From NCBI GenBank assembly GCA_044222065.1, contig JBGAOA010000024.1, positions 1-54,657 on the forward strand: DNA of 54,657 bases, given 5' to 3'. A program made the position numbers and the translations under genes. Origin of the DNA: Candidatus Eiseniibacteriota bacterium. Lineage in GTDB: Bacteria; Eisenbacteria; RBG-16-71-46. Positions 40,302-49,202 of the stretch are shown here, piece by piece (within the stretch, counting starts at the first letter, position 1; each line of letters opens with the position of its first letter). The notes below the pieces were generated by a model. The model made no database searches. It was given only the letters and a program-made list of their open reading frames with translations, and was not told the DNA's origin.

Positions 40302-41306
40302 ATGGCACTGCGTGTGGGCATCAACGGTTTCGGCCGCATCGGGCGGCTCGTGGTGAGGGCGGCGAAGCAGCGCAAGGAGAAGATCGATTTCGTCGCGGTG
40401 AACGACCTGACGGACGCGAACACGCTCCAGCACCTGCTCAAGTACGACAGCGTGCACGGCGTGTGGTCCGAGTGCCCGAGCAAGCCGAACGCGGAGGGCC
40501 AGCTCATGGTCGTCGGCGACGCGATGAAGGTGTACGCCGAGAAGGATCCGACGAAGCTGCCGTGGAAGGACCTCGGCGTGGACGTCGTGATCGAGGCGAC
40601 GGGGAAGTTCACCGACAAGGAGAAGGCGGTCGTCCACCTCGCAGCCGGGGCGCGCAACGTGCTCGTATCGGCGCCGTCCAAGGGCGCGGACCTCACGTTC
40701 GTGTTCGGCGTCAACGACCAGCTGTTCGACAAGTCGAAGCACACGGTCGTGAGCATCGGCTCGTGCACGACGAACTGCCTCGCGCCGGTCGCGAAGGCGC
40801 TCAACGACGCGTTCGGCATCGAGCACGGCTTCATGACCACGATCCACGCCTACACGAACGATCAGAACATCCTCGACCTGCCGCACAAGGACCTGCGTCG
40901 TGCGCGCGCCGCGGGGCTCAGCATGATCCCGACCTCGACCGGCGCGGCGAAGGCGATCGGCGAGGTGCTGCCCGAGCTGAAGGGCAAGCTCGACGGACTC
41001 GCGGTGCGCGTGCCCGTGTGCGACGGCTCGCTCGTGGACCTCGTGTGCCGCGTCAAGAAGGGCGTGGACAAGGCGGCGGTGAACGCGGCGGTCAAGGCGG
41101 CGGCGCAGGGCCCGATGAAGGGCGTGCTCGAATACTGCGAGGATCCGATCGTGTCCATGGACGTCGTCGGCAATCCGGCGAGCAGCGTGTTCGACTCGCT
41201 CTCGACGCTCGTCATGGCGGAGAACACGGTCAAGGTGTTCTCGTGGTACGACAACGAGTGGGGTTTCTCGAACCGCATGGTCGACGCCCTGCTGCGGATG
41301 GCGTGA
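40302..41306 (+). CDS. gap: Glyceraldehyde-3-phosphate dehydrogenase type I
   Basis: GINGFGRIGR, SCTTNCLAP, TGAAK, WYDNEWG. Confidence 0.98.
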   Translation: MALRVGINGFGRIGRLVVRAAKQRKEKIDFVAVNDLTDANTLQHLLKYDSVHGVWSECPSKPNAEGQLMVVGDAMKVYAEKDPTKLPWKDLGVDVVIEATGKFTDKEKAVVHLAAGARNVLVSAPSKGADLTFVFGVNDQLFDKSKHTVVSIGSCTTNCLAPVAKALNDAFGIEHGFMTTIHAYTNDQNILDLPHKDLRRARAAGLSMIPTSTGAAKAIGEVLPELKGKLDGLAVRVPVCDGSLVDLVCRVKKGVDKAAVNAAVKAAAQGPMKGVLEYCEDPIVSMDVVGNPASSVFDSLSTLVMAENTVKVFSWYDNEWGFSNRMVDALLRMA

Positions 41307-41316
41307 GGAGGCGGCC

Positions 41317-42522
41317 GTGAGTTTCGCGAAGAAGACGATCAAGGACCTCGACGTCGCCGGCAAGCGCGTCTTCGTGCGCGTGGACTTCAACGTCCCGGTC
41401 GCGAACGGCGAGGTGTCGGACGACACGCGGATCGTGGCCGCCATGCCCACGATCCGCTACCTGCTCGAGAAGAACGCCCGGCTCGTGCTCGCCTCGCACC
41501 TGGGGCGACCGAAGGGCGGGCCAGAGCCGAAGTTCTCCATGAAACCGGTGAAAGCCCGCCTCGAACGCCTGCTCCGCAAGAACGTCGCGTGGTCGGACGA
41601 CTGCATCGGCGAGGCGGCCGAGGCCGCGTCGAAGGCGCTCCCGCCGGGCGGCGTGCTGCTGCTCGAGAACCTGCGGTTCCATCCGGAGGAAGAGAAGAAC
41701 GATCCGGCGTTCGCGGCCGCGCTCGCGGAGCTCGGCGACGTGTACGTGAACGACGCGTTCGGCACCGCACACCGGGCGCACGCCTCCACCGAGGGCGTCG
41801 CGAAGCTGCTGCGGCCCGCGGTGGCCGGCTTCCTCATGCAGAAGGAGCTCGACTACCTCGGCCGTGCGCTCGATCAGCCCGTGCGGCCGTTCGTCGCGAT
41901 CCTCGGCGGCGCGAAGATCTCGGGCAAGATCGACGTGATCACGCAGCTGCTCGGCAAGGTGGACCGCCTGCTCATCGGCGGTGCGATGATGTTCACGTTC
42001 CTCAAGGCCCAGGGCGTTCCGACCGGCAAGTCGCTCGTCGAGGACGACCGCATCGAGATGGCGAAAGACGTGCTCGCGCAGGCGAAGGCGCGCGGAGTGG
42101 AACTCGTGCTGCCGGTGGACTGCATCGCGAGCACGGCGCCGGACGGCAGCGCGGCGGGCCGCCCGTGCGCGCTCGCCTCGCTCGGCGCCGACGAGATGGG
42201 CGTGGACATCGGGCCCGAGTCGGTGAAGCTTTTCGCCGAGCGACTGCGCGACGCGAAGACGATCGTCTGGAACGGGCCGATGGGCATCTTCGAGGTCGAG
42301 GCGTTCGCGGCCGGCACGCTCGGCGTCGCGAAGGCCGCGGCCGAGGCGAAGGGGCGCGGCGCCGTGACGGTCGTCGGCGGCGGCGATTCCGTCGCGGCCG
42401 TGCAGCAGGCCGACCTCGCCGACCGCTTCACCCACCTCTCGACCGGCGGCGGCGCGTCGCTCGAGTTCCTCGAGGGCAAGACGCTTCCGGGCGTCGCCGC
42501 GCTCGATGACGCGGGGGCGTGA
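41317..42522 (+). CDS. pgk: Phosphoglycerate kinase
   Basis: RVDFNVP, SHLGRP, LENLRF, NDAFGTAHR, WNGPMG, STGGGASLE. Confidence 0.98.
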   Translation: MSFAKKTIKDLDVAGKRVFVRVDFNVPVANGEVSDDTRIVAAMPTIRYLLEKNARLVLASHLGRPKGGPEPKFSMKPVKARLERLLRKNVAWSDDCIGEAAEAASKALPPGGVLLLENLRFHPEEEKNDPAFAAALAELGDVYVNDAFGTAHRAHASTEGVAKLLRPAVAGFLMQKELDYLGRALDQPVRPFVAILGGAKISGKIDVITQLLGKVDRLLIGGAMMFTFLKAQGVPTGKSLVEDDRIEMAKDVLAQAKARGVELVLPVDCIASTAPDGSAAGRPCALASLGADEMGVDIGPESVKLFAERLRDAKTIVWNGPMGIFEVEAFAAGTLGVAKAAAEAKGRGAVTVVGGGDSVAAVQQADLADRFTHLSTGGGASLEFLEGKTLPGVAALDDAGA

Positions 42523-43295
42523 TCGTGCGTGAGCGACGGCCGAGGCTCGTCCTCGGGAACTGGAAGATGCACAAGACGTCCGGGGAAGCGGGAACGCTCG
42601 CACGCGAGCTGCGGTCGCTCGTCGGCGTCAGTCCCGGTTGCGGCGTGGGCGTCGCTCCGACGTTCACGTCGCTCGACGCCGTGCGCGCCGCTCTCGACGG
42701 CGGCCCCGTGACACTCGGCGCCCAGAATCTCCACCCGGAGACGCACGGCGCGTTCACGGGCGAGATCTCGGGCCCGATGCTCGTCGTGGCCGGCTGCCGC
42801 TGGGTGCTCGCCGGACACTCGGAGCGACGGCACGGACTCGGCGAGGACGACGCGTTCGTGGCGAAGAAGGTCCGGGCGGCGCTTCGCGACGGGCTCGAAC
42901 CGGTGTTGTGCGTCGGCGAAACGCTGGCCGAGCGGGAGGCCGATCGCACGGCCGAGGTGCTCGTCCGGCAGGTGACGGTCGTGTTCGACGGACTCGAACG
43001 CGCATCGGCGAACGCGATCGTGATCGCCTACGAACCCGTGTGGGCGATCGGCACCGGCCGCGTGGCGACGCCCGAGCAGGCCCGCGACGCGCACCGCGTC
43101 ATCCGGGCCACGCTCGACCGCGTCGCCGGCGCGGGGGCGGGGAACGCGAAGACGATCCTCTACGGCGGCAGCGTGAACGCCGCCAACGCGGCTTCGCTGT
43201 TCGCGGAATCCGACGTGGACGGGGCGCTCGTCGGCGGCGCGTCGCTCGATCCGAACGCGTTTCTCGCCATCGTGAGGGCGGCTTCGAGCGCGTAG
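42519..43295 (+). CDS. tpiA: Triosephosphate isomerase
   Basis: GNWKM, GHSERR, AYEPVWAIGTG, YGGSV, VGGASL. Confidence 0.98.
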   Translation: MIVRERRPRLVLGNWKMHKTSGEAGTLARELRSLVGVSPGCGVGVAPTFTSLDAVRAALDGGPVTLGAQNLHPETHGAFTGEISGPMLVVAGCRWVLAGHSERRHGLGEDDAFVAKKVRAALRDGLEPVLCVGETLAEREADRTAEVLVRQVTVVFDGLERASANAIVIAYEPVWAIGTGRVATPEQARDAHRVIRATLDRVAGAGAGNAKTILYGGSVNAANAASLFAESDVDGALVGGASLDPNAFLAIVRAASSA

Positions 43296-43327
43296 CGGGC
43301 GGTCTCCGGGCTCCGTCGCGCCGAGGT

Positions 43328-43356
43328 TTGACGGAGTCCGGGGCCGTTGCTACTCT
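43328..43356 (+). promoter_or_regulatory. Sigma70 promoter for secG-tRNA
   Basis: TTGACG-N17-TACTCT with TG extended -10. Confidence 0.55.
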
Positions 43357-43419
43357 CCGCGCCCGCTTCTGAGGTCGGTCGCGCTCGCGCGCGCATTCTC
43401 CAGGACTCAAGAGGTCGTC

Positions 43420-43809
43420 ATGTACGCGTTCTTGATGGTCATTCACCTGCTCGTCTGCTTCGGCCTCATCGCCGTCGTGCTCGTGCAGTCGGGCAAGGGC
43501 GGCGGTCTCGCAGGCGGCGCGTTCGGCGGCTCCGCGCAGACGGTGTTCGGCGGGCGCGGGGCGAACGACTTCATCACGCGCGCGACGATGATCCTCGGCG
43601 GCCTGTTCTTCGTGACCTCGCTCGTGCTCGCCATGATGTCCACGCGCGGACAGTCGTCCTCGCGCAGCCTCATGCAGGAGGAGGCCCGCAAGGCCTCGAC
43701 CAGCGCGCCCGCGCAGGTCCCCGGCGGCGGCCAACCTTCCGCGCCCGCGGGCGGTGCGCCCGCTCCGGCGACGGGCGGCACGGCCCCGGCTCCGGCCGGC
43801 GGGAAGTGA
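43420..43809 (+). CDS. secG: Preprotein translocase subunit SecG
   Basis: Two TM helices flanking LVQSGKGGGLAGGAFGG; classic tpiA-secG-tRNA-Leu synteny. Confidence 0.95.
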   Translation: MYAFLMVIHLLVCFGLIAVVLVQSGKGGGLAGGAFGGSAQTVFGGRGANDFITRATMILGGLFFVTSLVLAMMSTRGQSSSRSLMQEEARKASTSAPAQVPGGGQPSAPAGGAPAPATGGTAPAPAGGK

Positions 43810-43832
43810 TCCCGAATTCGAGTTCGATTCGT

Positions 43833-43918
43833 GCCCGGGTGTGGTGGAATTGGTAGACACGTACGTTTGAGGGCGTATGGGGAAACCCGTGCGAGTTCAA
43901 ATCTCGCCCCGGGCACCA
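43833..43918 (+). tRNA. tRNA-Leu(GAG), atypical as written
   Basis: Acceptor GCCCGGG/CCCGGGC-A-CCA; D arm GTG GAATTGGTAGA CAC; long variable arm; T arm GCGAG TTCAAAT CTCGC. Has 2 extra nt before the D arm and a 6-nt anticodon loop. Confidence 0.88.
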
Positions 43919-43926
43919 CGAACGAA

Positions 43927-43955
43927 GAAAGCCACGCGCGGCGCGCGTGGCTTTC
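43927..43955. terminator. Hairpin between tRNA-Leu and convergent tlpA
   Basis: 13-bp perfect stem GAAAGCCACGCGC/GCGCGTGGCTTTC. Confidence 0.7.
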
Positions 43956-43977
43956 GCGTTTCCGGGGGGGAGCGCGG

Positions 43978-44472
43978 CTAGAACAGCTCGCGCACGTACG
44001 ACTCCATCGTCTCGCCGTCGATGTAGCCGACGACGCGGCGCACGACCTCTCCCTTGCGGTTGATGAAGAAGGTCGTGGGGATGGAGCGGATCGGACCGTA
44101 GGCGTCGAGCACGCGTTCGTCGGCCATCGCGAGCCGGAAGCGCACGCCCAGGGTCTCGGCGAAACGCTTCACCTGCGACGCCTGGACCTCGTCCACGGAC
44201 AGCCCCAGAACGACGAGGCCCTGCGAGGCGTATCGCTCCTGCAGGGCACCGAGGTGGGGCATGCTGGCGCGGCACGGTCCGCACCACGTCGCCCAGAAGT
44301 CGAGCACGACGGGGCGGCCCTTGAGTTCCGAGAGCTTGAACCAGCGGCCCTCGAAGTCCTTCACCGAGAAGGACGGGGCGATCGTCTCGGAGCCCGCACG
44401 CGCGGACCCGACGCCGCCGAGCGCGAACGACAGCGCGGCGGTGAATGCGAGAGGAAGAGCGAGGCTGCGCAC
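43978..44472 (-). CDS. TlpA/ResA-family thiol-disulfide oxidoreductase
   Basis: Signal or anchor sequence; DFWATWCGPC; IPTTFFI. Confidence 0.93.
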   Translation of the reverse strand: MRSLALPLAFTAALSFALGGVGSARAGSETIAPSFSVKDFEGRWFKLSELKGRPVVLDFWATWCGPCRASMPHLGALQERYASQGLVVLGLSVDEVQASQVKRFAETLGVRFRLAMADERVLDAYGPIRSIPTTFFINRKGEVVRRVVGYIDGETMESYVRELF

Positions 44473-44703
44473 GGAAGGGCTTCCTGTCGGTGAGCGGGAG
44501 AGCGAGCGGGGAGAGCGCCCGGGCGTTCGAAGTGGACGCAGTGTAGCGGTTCACTCGCGCCGCGAGCAGGGAAATCACCCGCTTTTGCACCCTTTTGACC
44601 TCGAGCGCTCTCGAGCGAGCGGTTTCGGGAACGTCGGCCGCGCATCGGAGTACAGAGTTCGAGCCGGTCTCGCGGAACCTCCGCATTCGACGGGCTCGAA
44701 TGC

Positions 44704-44733
44704 TTGAGGCTCGATTTCGCGCTGTGCTAGCGT
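44704..44733 (+). promoter_or_regulatory. Candidate promoter for the tol-pal operon
   Basis: TTGAGG-N18-TAGCGT with TG extended -10. Confidence 0.35.
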
Positions 44734-44833
44734 GCCCACGCGTCTCCCCACGCGACTCGGATGGAACGCAGTCCCACCGGATTCGGTCGCCGGGACCGCC
44801 GCCCGGGACGACTTCACACGGAGAGTGAAGCCG

Positions 44834-45532
44834 ATGACGATTGGCAGCCTTCTGCTTCAGGCGGGCGGCGGAGTCGGGGTTTCGGTCCCGGCGCTCGTCC
44901 TGCGCGCGAGCCCGTTCTCGAAGGTCATCCTGCTCGTGCTGCTCGCGGTGTCCGTCTACTCGTGGGCCCTCATCTGGATGCGCGCCCGCGTGATCGGCGG
45001 CGCGATCCGCGCCGACCGCAGTTTCCTCGACGCGTTCCGGCGGCTCGCGGCCGGCTCGGAACTCACGGGGCTCGTGCAGCTCCACCGGGCGGGGACGCTC
45101 GCGGCGCTTGCCGAAGCGGGCGACCGCACGCTCGCCTCGCCGTCCGCGCAGGCCCTGCCGGCGCCGGAGCGGCTCGAACTCGCGCGCCGCGCGATGGAGC
45201 GCGCCGCGAGCCAGCAATCGGCCCGCCTCGAGCGCCAGATCGGATTCCTCGCGACCGCGGGCAGCGTCACGCCGTTCGTCGGCCTGCTCGGCACGGTGTG
45301 GGGTGTGATGAGCGCGTTCCTCAGCATCGGTGGCGCGGGCTCGGCCTCGCTCGCCGTCGTGGCGCCCGGCATCGCCGAAGCGCTCATCGCGACGGTCGCG
45401 GGTCTCGCGACCGCGATTCCCGCCGTCATCGGCTACAACCACTTCCTCGGACAGGTGCGCGAGACGGCGAACGGCATGATCGAGTTCGCGAGCGAATTCC
45501 TCGATCGTCGCGTGTACGGGGCGAACCGATGA
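44834..45532 (+). CDS. tolQ: TolQ (MotA/TolQ/ExbB family)
   Basis: [32 protein letters not shown]. Confidence 0.93.
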   Translation: MTIGSLLLQAGGGVGVSVPALVLRASPFSKVILLVLLAVSVYSWALIWMRARVIGGAIRADRSFLDAFRRLAAGSELTGLVQLHRAGTLAALAEAGDRTLASPSAQALPAPERLELARRAMERAASQQSARLERQIGFLATAGSVTPFVGLLGTVWGVMSAFLSIGGAGSASLAVVAPGIAEALIATVAGLATAIPAVIGYNHFLGQVRETANGMIEFASEFLDRRVYGANR

Positions 45533-45939
45533 AGCTCCAGACCGCGCGCGCCCCGATGGCGGAAATCAACGTCACGCCGTTCGTGGACGTCGTGCTCGTC
45601 CTGCTCATCATCTTCATGGTCACGGCGCCGTTCCTGCAGGGCGGCCTCGAGATCGACCTGCCGAAGGTCGCGGCGAAGGGACTCGACGTGCGCGAGGGGC
45701 TGATCGTGAGCGTGCGCGCCGATCGCAAGGTCGCCGTCGGCCGAGAGGTCGTCGGCGAAGAGGCGCTCGAAGACGCGCTGCGCCGCGCTGGAGCCGCGAG
45801 CCGCCCCGTCTTCCTGAAGGCCGACCGGCGCGTTCCCTACGGCGACGTCGTCGAGCTGATCGGCCGCATGCGCCGCGCTGGCGTGACGAACCTCGGCATC
45901 GTGACGGAGCCCCCGGCGGGCGAGGAGCGCAGGCGGTGA
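45529..45939 (+). CDS. tolR: TolR (ExbD family)
   Basis: [27 protein letters not shown]...YG. Confidence 0.93.
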   Translation: MKLQTARAPMAEINVTPFVDVVLVLLIIFMVTAPFLQGGLEIDLPKVAAKGLDVREGLIVSVRADRKVAVGREVVGEEALEDALRRAGAASRPVFLKADRRVPYGDVVELIGRMRRAGVTNLGIVTEPPAGEERRR

Positions 45940-46592
45940 GGAACGCCGTCGTGGGCTCGACGCTCGTCCATCTCGCGCTGCTGCTCGGCGTATTCGTTTA
46001 CGGGCGCTCCGCTCCGCGCTACCTCGCGGGACCCGACGCGATCCAGGTCGCCGTGCTCGACGCCGGCTCGCTGCCGGTCGTGCCACCGATGCCGAAGACC
46101 GAGCTGCCGCCCCCGGAGGAGCCTGCGAAGCTCGCGCCGACCGACGAGACGGGGATCAAGGTCGATCCGCCGAAGCCCGCGGCCGTGAAGCCGAAGCCCG
46201 ACGCCGCGAAGCCGCCGCCGGCCCCGAGCACGCCTGCGCTGCGCTTCGAACGCGTGGGCGCGCCCGGGCTCGCCGCCGCGGTCGGCACGGACGACGCCGA
46301 CTTCGCGTTCTCGTACTACCTCACGCTCGTACGCAACCGCGTGGCCGAGAACTGGACGCCGCCGAACGGTCTGCCGGCCGGAGGCGCTGCCGTGCGCGCC
46401 GTCGTGTTCTTCCGTATCGGACGCGACGGCTCCGTGAGTGCGATCCGACTCGAATCGGCGAGCGGCGCGGAGTTCTTCGACCGCTCCGCGCTCCGCGCGA
46501 TCGTGCTCTCGAACCCCATGCCGGCGCTTCCGGACGGTTGGTCGAGCCCGACGCTCGGCGTGCACTTCGGCTTCGAGTACGAGGCGCCGTGA
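45936..46592 (+). CDS. tolA: TolA/TonB-like energy transducer (short)
   Basis: TM with SxxxH (STLVH), Pro/Lys linker, C-domain FRIGRDG...SG...FDRSALRAI. Confidence 0.78.
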   Translation: MRNAVVGSTLVHLALLLGVFVYGRSAPRYLAGPDAIQVAVLDAGSLPVVPPMPKTELPPPEEPAKLAPTDETGIKVDPPKPAAVKPKPDAAKPPPAPSTPALRFERVGAPGLAAAVGTDDADFAFSYYLTLVRNRVAENWTPPNGLPAGGAAVRAVVFFRIGRDGSVSAIRLESASGAEFFDRSALRAIVLSNPMPALPDGWSSPTLGVHFGFEYEAP

Positions 46593-47914
46593 GGAGCGCG
46601 CTCCCGATCCGCTTCGCGCTCGCCGCCGTGCTGATGCTAGCGGCGGACGCGGCGCCGTTCGCCCAGTCCCCGGACGAAGTGCGCCTCGATCTTCGCTCCG
46701 GCGCCCGCCGCATCCGCATCCAGGTCGAGTCGCTGCGGCCCGAGGGCGACCGCACCGCGGGAACGACTTCCGTCCAGGCCGACGAAGTGCTCGCGAACGA
46801 TCTCGAGCACTCGGCCGTGTTCGAGGTGCACCGCCTGTGGGGCGGCAACGGCGCGCCGTTCGCGGTCGTCGCGACCGTCGGCGGCCGCTGGCAGGCGCGC
46901 GGCTCGCAGGTCCGGCTGCGCGGGGAAGTGAAGGACGTCCCGGCGGGGCGCACGATCCTCGCGCGCGAGTACGAAGGTCCGGCCACCGAGTGGCGCTCGC
47001 TCGCGCACCGCTTCGCCGACGACATCGTGCAGCAGTTCACGGGCGAGCCCGGCGTCTCGAACACGCGCATCGCGTTCGTCGGGCAGAAGGGCCGCGACAA
47101 GGAGGTCTACGTCATGGACGCGGACGGCGCGCGCCTCCGGGCGCTCACCGCCGACCGCTCGATCGCGCTGTCGCCCGCCTGGTCGCCCGAAGGTTCGCTG
47201 CTGCTGTTCTCGTCGTACCGCTCGGGACAGGGTCCGCAGCTGTTCGTCACTCCCTCCGCGGGCGGACGGGTGTTCCTCGTCTCGGGGCGCGCCGGTCTCA
47301 ACACGAGCGGCCAGTACTCGCCCGACGGGCAGAACATCGCGTGCACGCTCACGCAGGACGGCAATTCCGAGATCTACCTGCTGGACGCGCGCGGCGGCTC
47401 GCCGCGGCGCCTCACGAACCATCGCGCGATCGACACGTCGCCGAGCTGGTCGCCGACCGGCCGCGAACTCGCCTTCACGTCCGATCGCAGCGGCAGCCCG
47501 CAGGTGTACGTCATGGATCGCGATGGTGGTAACGTGCGCCGGCTGACCTACGAAGTGGACTACACGGACTCGCCGTCGTGGTCGCCGAAGGGCGACCGGA
47601 TCGCGTTCGTCGCGCGAACCGGCGGCGGTTTCGACCTGTGGGTGGCGCGCGCCGACGGCTCCGACGCTCACGCCGTCGTCACGGGCCGCAGCAACGAAGA
47701 CCCGCAGTGGTCGCCCGACGGGCGGCACCTGCTCTTCTCATCGAACCGGGAAGGAAGCGAAGCGCTCTACATCACCGATCTGGACGAACGAGCCCCGAGG
47801 CGTCTCGACGCGGGTGGTCTCCGCGCCACCTCGCCCGCCTGGTCGCCGCGCCCCGTTACAGGCGCGAGCACGGGGACTCCGGACGCCAGCAAGAACCTGG
47901 GAGGAACCCCATGA
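46589..47914 (+). CDS. tolB: TolB periplasmic beta-propeller
   Basis: AHRFADDI...TGEPG, TRIAFV, six PD40-type (P)xWSP repeats. Confidence 0.92.
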   Translation: MRSALPIRFALAAVLMLAADAAPFAQSPDEVRLDLRSGARRIRIQVESLRPEGDRTAGTTSVQADEVLANDLEHSAVFEVHRLWGGNGAPFAVVATVGGRWQARGSQVRLRGEVKDVPAGRTILAREYEGPATEWRSLAHRFADDIVQQFTGEPGVSNTRIAFVGQKGRDKEVYVMDADGARLRALTADRSIALSPAWSPEGSLLLFSSYRSGQGPQLFVTPSAGGRVFLVSGRAGLNTSGQYSPDGQNIACTLTQDGNSEIYLLDARGGSPRRLTNHRAIDTSPSWSPTGRELAFTSDRSGSPQVYVMDRDGGNVRRLTYEVDYTDSPSWSPKGDRIAFVARTGGGFDLWVARADGSDAHAVVTGRSNEDPQWSPDGRHLLFSSNREGSEALYITDLDERAPRRLDAGGLRATSPAWSPRPVTGASTGTPDASKNLGGTP

Positions 47915-48432
47915 GACGAAACGCCACACGCTCGCTGCTCCTCGTGCTCGGCGCCGTCGCGCTGTTCGCGACCGGTTGCGCCCGCAAGCCGCCGCAGGCC
48001 GCTCCGACGCCGGCGCCGACGCCGCCCGTCTCGACGCCGACGCCGGCGCCGACGCCCACGCCGACGCCGCCTCCCGCGCCGGCCACGTCGCCGACCGAGA
48101 GCACGAAGATCGAGGACGTCTTCTTCGACTACGACTCGGCCGTCCTGGACGACGAAGCGCGCGCGATCCTCGACCGCAACGCGCGGCTGCTGCGCGATCG
48201 CGGCTCGATGTCGCTCTCGATCGAGGGACACTGCGACGAGCGCGGAACGGTCAAGTACAACCTCGACCTGGGCGAGAAGCGCGCCGCGTCCGTGAAGGAG
48301 TACCTCGTCGGCGCCGGCGTCGCCGCATCGCGGCTGAGCACGATCTCGTACGGCAAGGAGCGCCCGTTCGCCGAGGGGCACGACGACGCGTCGTGGGCCC
48401 AGAACCGCCGCGCGCACCTCGTCACGCGATGA
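47911..48432 (+). CDS. pal: Peptidoglycan-associated lipoprotein
   Basis: Lipobox ATG-C, Pro/Thr linker, VFFDYD, EGHCDERG, ISYGKERP, NRRA. Confidence 0.95.
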   Translation: MRRNATRSLLLVLGAVALFATGCARKPPQAAPTPAPTPPVSTPTPAPTPTPTPPPAPATSPTESTKIEDVFFDYDSAVLDDEARAILDRNARLLRDRGSMSLSIEGHCDERGTVKYNLDLGEKRAASVKEYLVGAGVAASRLSTISYGKERPFAEGHDDASWAQNRRAHLVTR

Positions 48433-49202
48433 CGCGGTCGTCCCACCGACGGGCACGCGCCGCGCGCCGGACCTCGTCCGGCCGCGCGGTCGCGCTGTCG
48501 GCGGTGCTCGCTCTCGGCGTGTTCGGCGCCGCGGGCTGCGTGCCGCCGCAGCTCCTCACGCTGCGCTCGGGGCTCGACAGCCTGCGCACGGTCGTGGACA
48601 CGCTCGTGGTCCGCGATTCGATCGCCTATCGCGTAATCGAAGAGACGCGCGGGGAGATCGCGCGGCAGAACGAACTGCTCCTGAGTTCGCGCGCCGCGAG
48701 CGGCACGTCGAGCCGCGAGCTGATGGACCAGATGGCACGGCTCGAATCGCGGCTCGACGAGGTGATGGGGCGGTTCCAGCAGATCTCACAGCGTGTCGGA
48801 TCCGCTCCGCCGTCCGCGACGGGACCCGATCCGGCTCAGCTCTACGACCAGTCCACGCGCGACCTGACGCAGGGCCGGTACGCGTTCGCGCTCGCCGGAT
48901 TCCGCGACTACGTGCGGCGCTTCCCTTCGGGCGAGCACGCCCAGGATGCGCAGTACGGCGCCGCGGAGTGCCTGTACGCGCAGGCGCGCTACGACAGCGC
49001 CCTCGTCGAGTACGGACGCGTGGAACCCATGGACTCGGGGGGCGCGCGCGTTCCGCCCGCGCTCTACAAGCGCGCGCTCTGCGAGGAACGTCTCGGTCGC
49101 GAGGCCGACGCGCGCAAGACGCTCGAGGAACTCGTGCGGCGCTTCCCGCTGTCGGGTGAAGCGCAGCTCGCGCGCGAGCGGCTGTCGCGAACGAAGCGTT
49201 GA
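48429..49202 (+). CDS. cpoB: CpoB/YbgF-like TPR lipoprotein
   Basis: AAG-C lipobox, coiled coil, TPRs (YVRRFPSG, LVRRFPLS), position after pal. Confidence 0.8.
   Translation: MTRSSHRRARAARRTSSGRAVALSAVLALGVFGAAGCVPPQLLTLRSGLDSLRTVVDTLVVRDSIAYRVIEETRGEIARQNELLLSSRAASGTSSRELMDQMARLESRLDEVMGRFQQISQRVGSAPPSATGPDPAQLYDQSTRDLTQGRYAFALAGFRDYVRRFPSGEHAQDAQYGAAECLYAQARYDSALVEYGRVEPMDSGGARVPPALYKRALCEERLGREADARKTLEELVRRFPLSGEAQLARERLSRTKR

Noticed and set aside
40749..40790. GAPDH active site SIGSCTTNC instead of SNASCTTNC
   Set aside because: Catalytic Cys and the other motifs are intact; likely ordinary family variation.
37518..41450. 1310-aa minus ORF and similar long Arg-rich ORFs elsewhere
   Set aside because: Shadows of GWxTD/pfk/gap and other well-supported genes.
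43833..44472. tRNA as an integration site for an island
   Set aside because: No integrase, no duplicated tRNA 3' end noticed, and flanks are core genes.
44583..44600. GG-N10-GC spacing on the minus strand upstream of tlpA (sigma54-like)
   Set aside because: The -24 element lacks TGGC; such spacing is expected by chance at this GC content.
48000..48095. CCGACG-type short repeats
   Set aside because: They encode the Pro/Thr linker of Pal; ordinary low complexity, not a CRISPR or VNTR locus.
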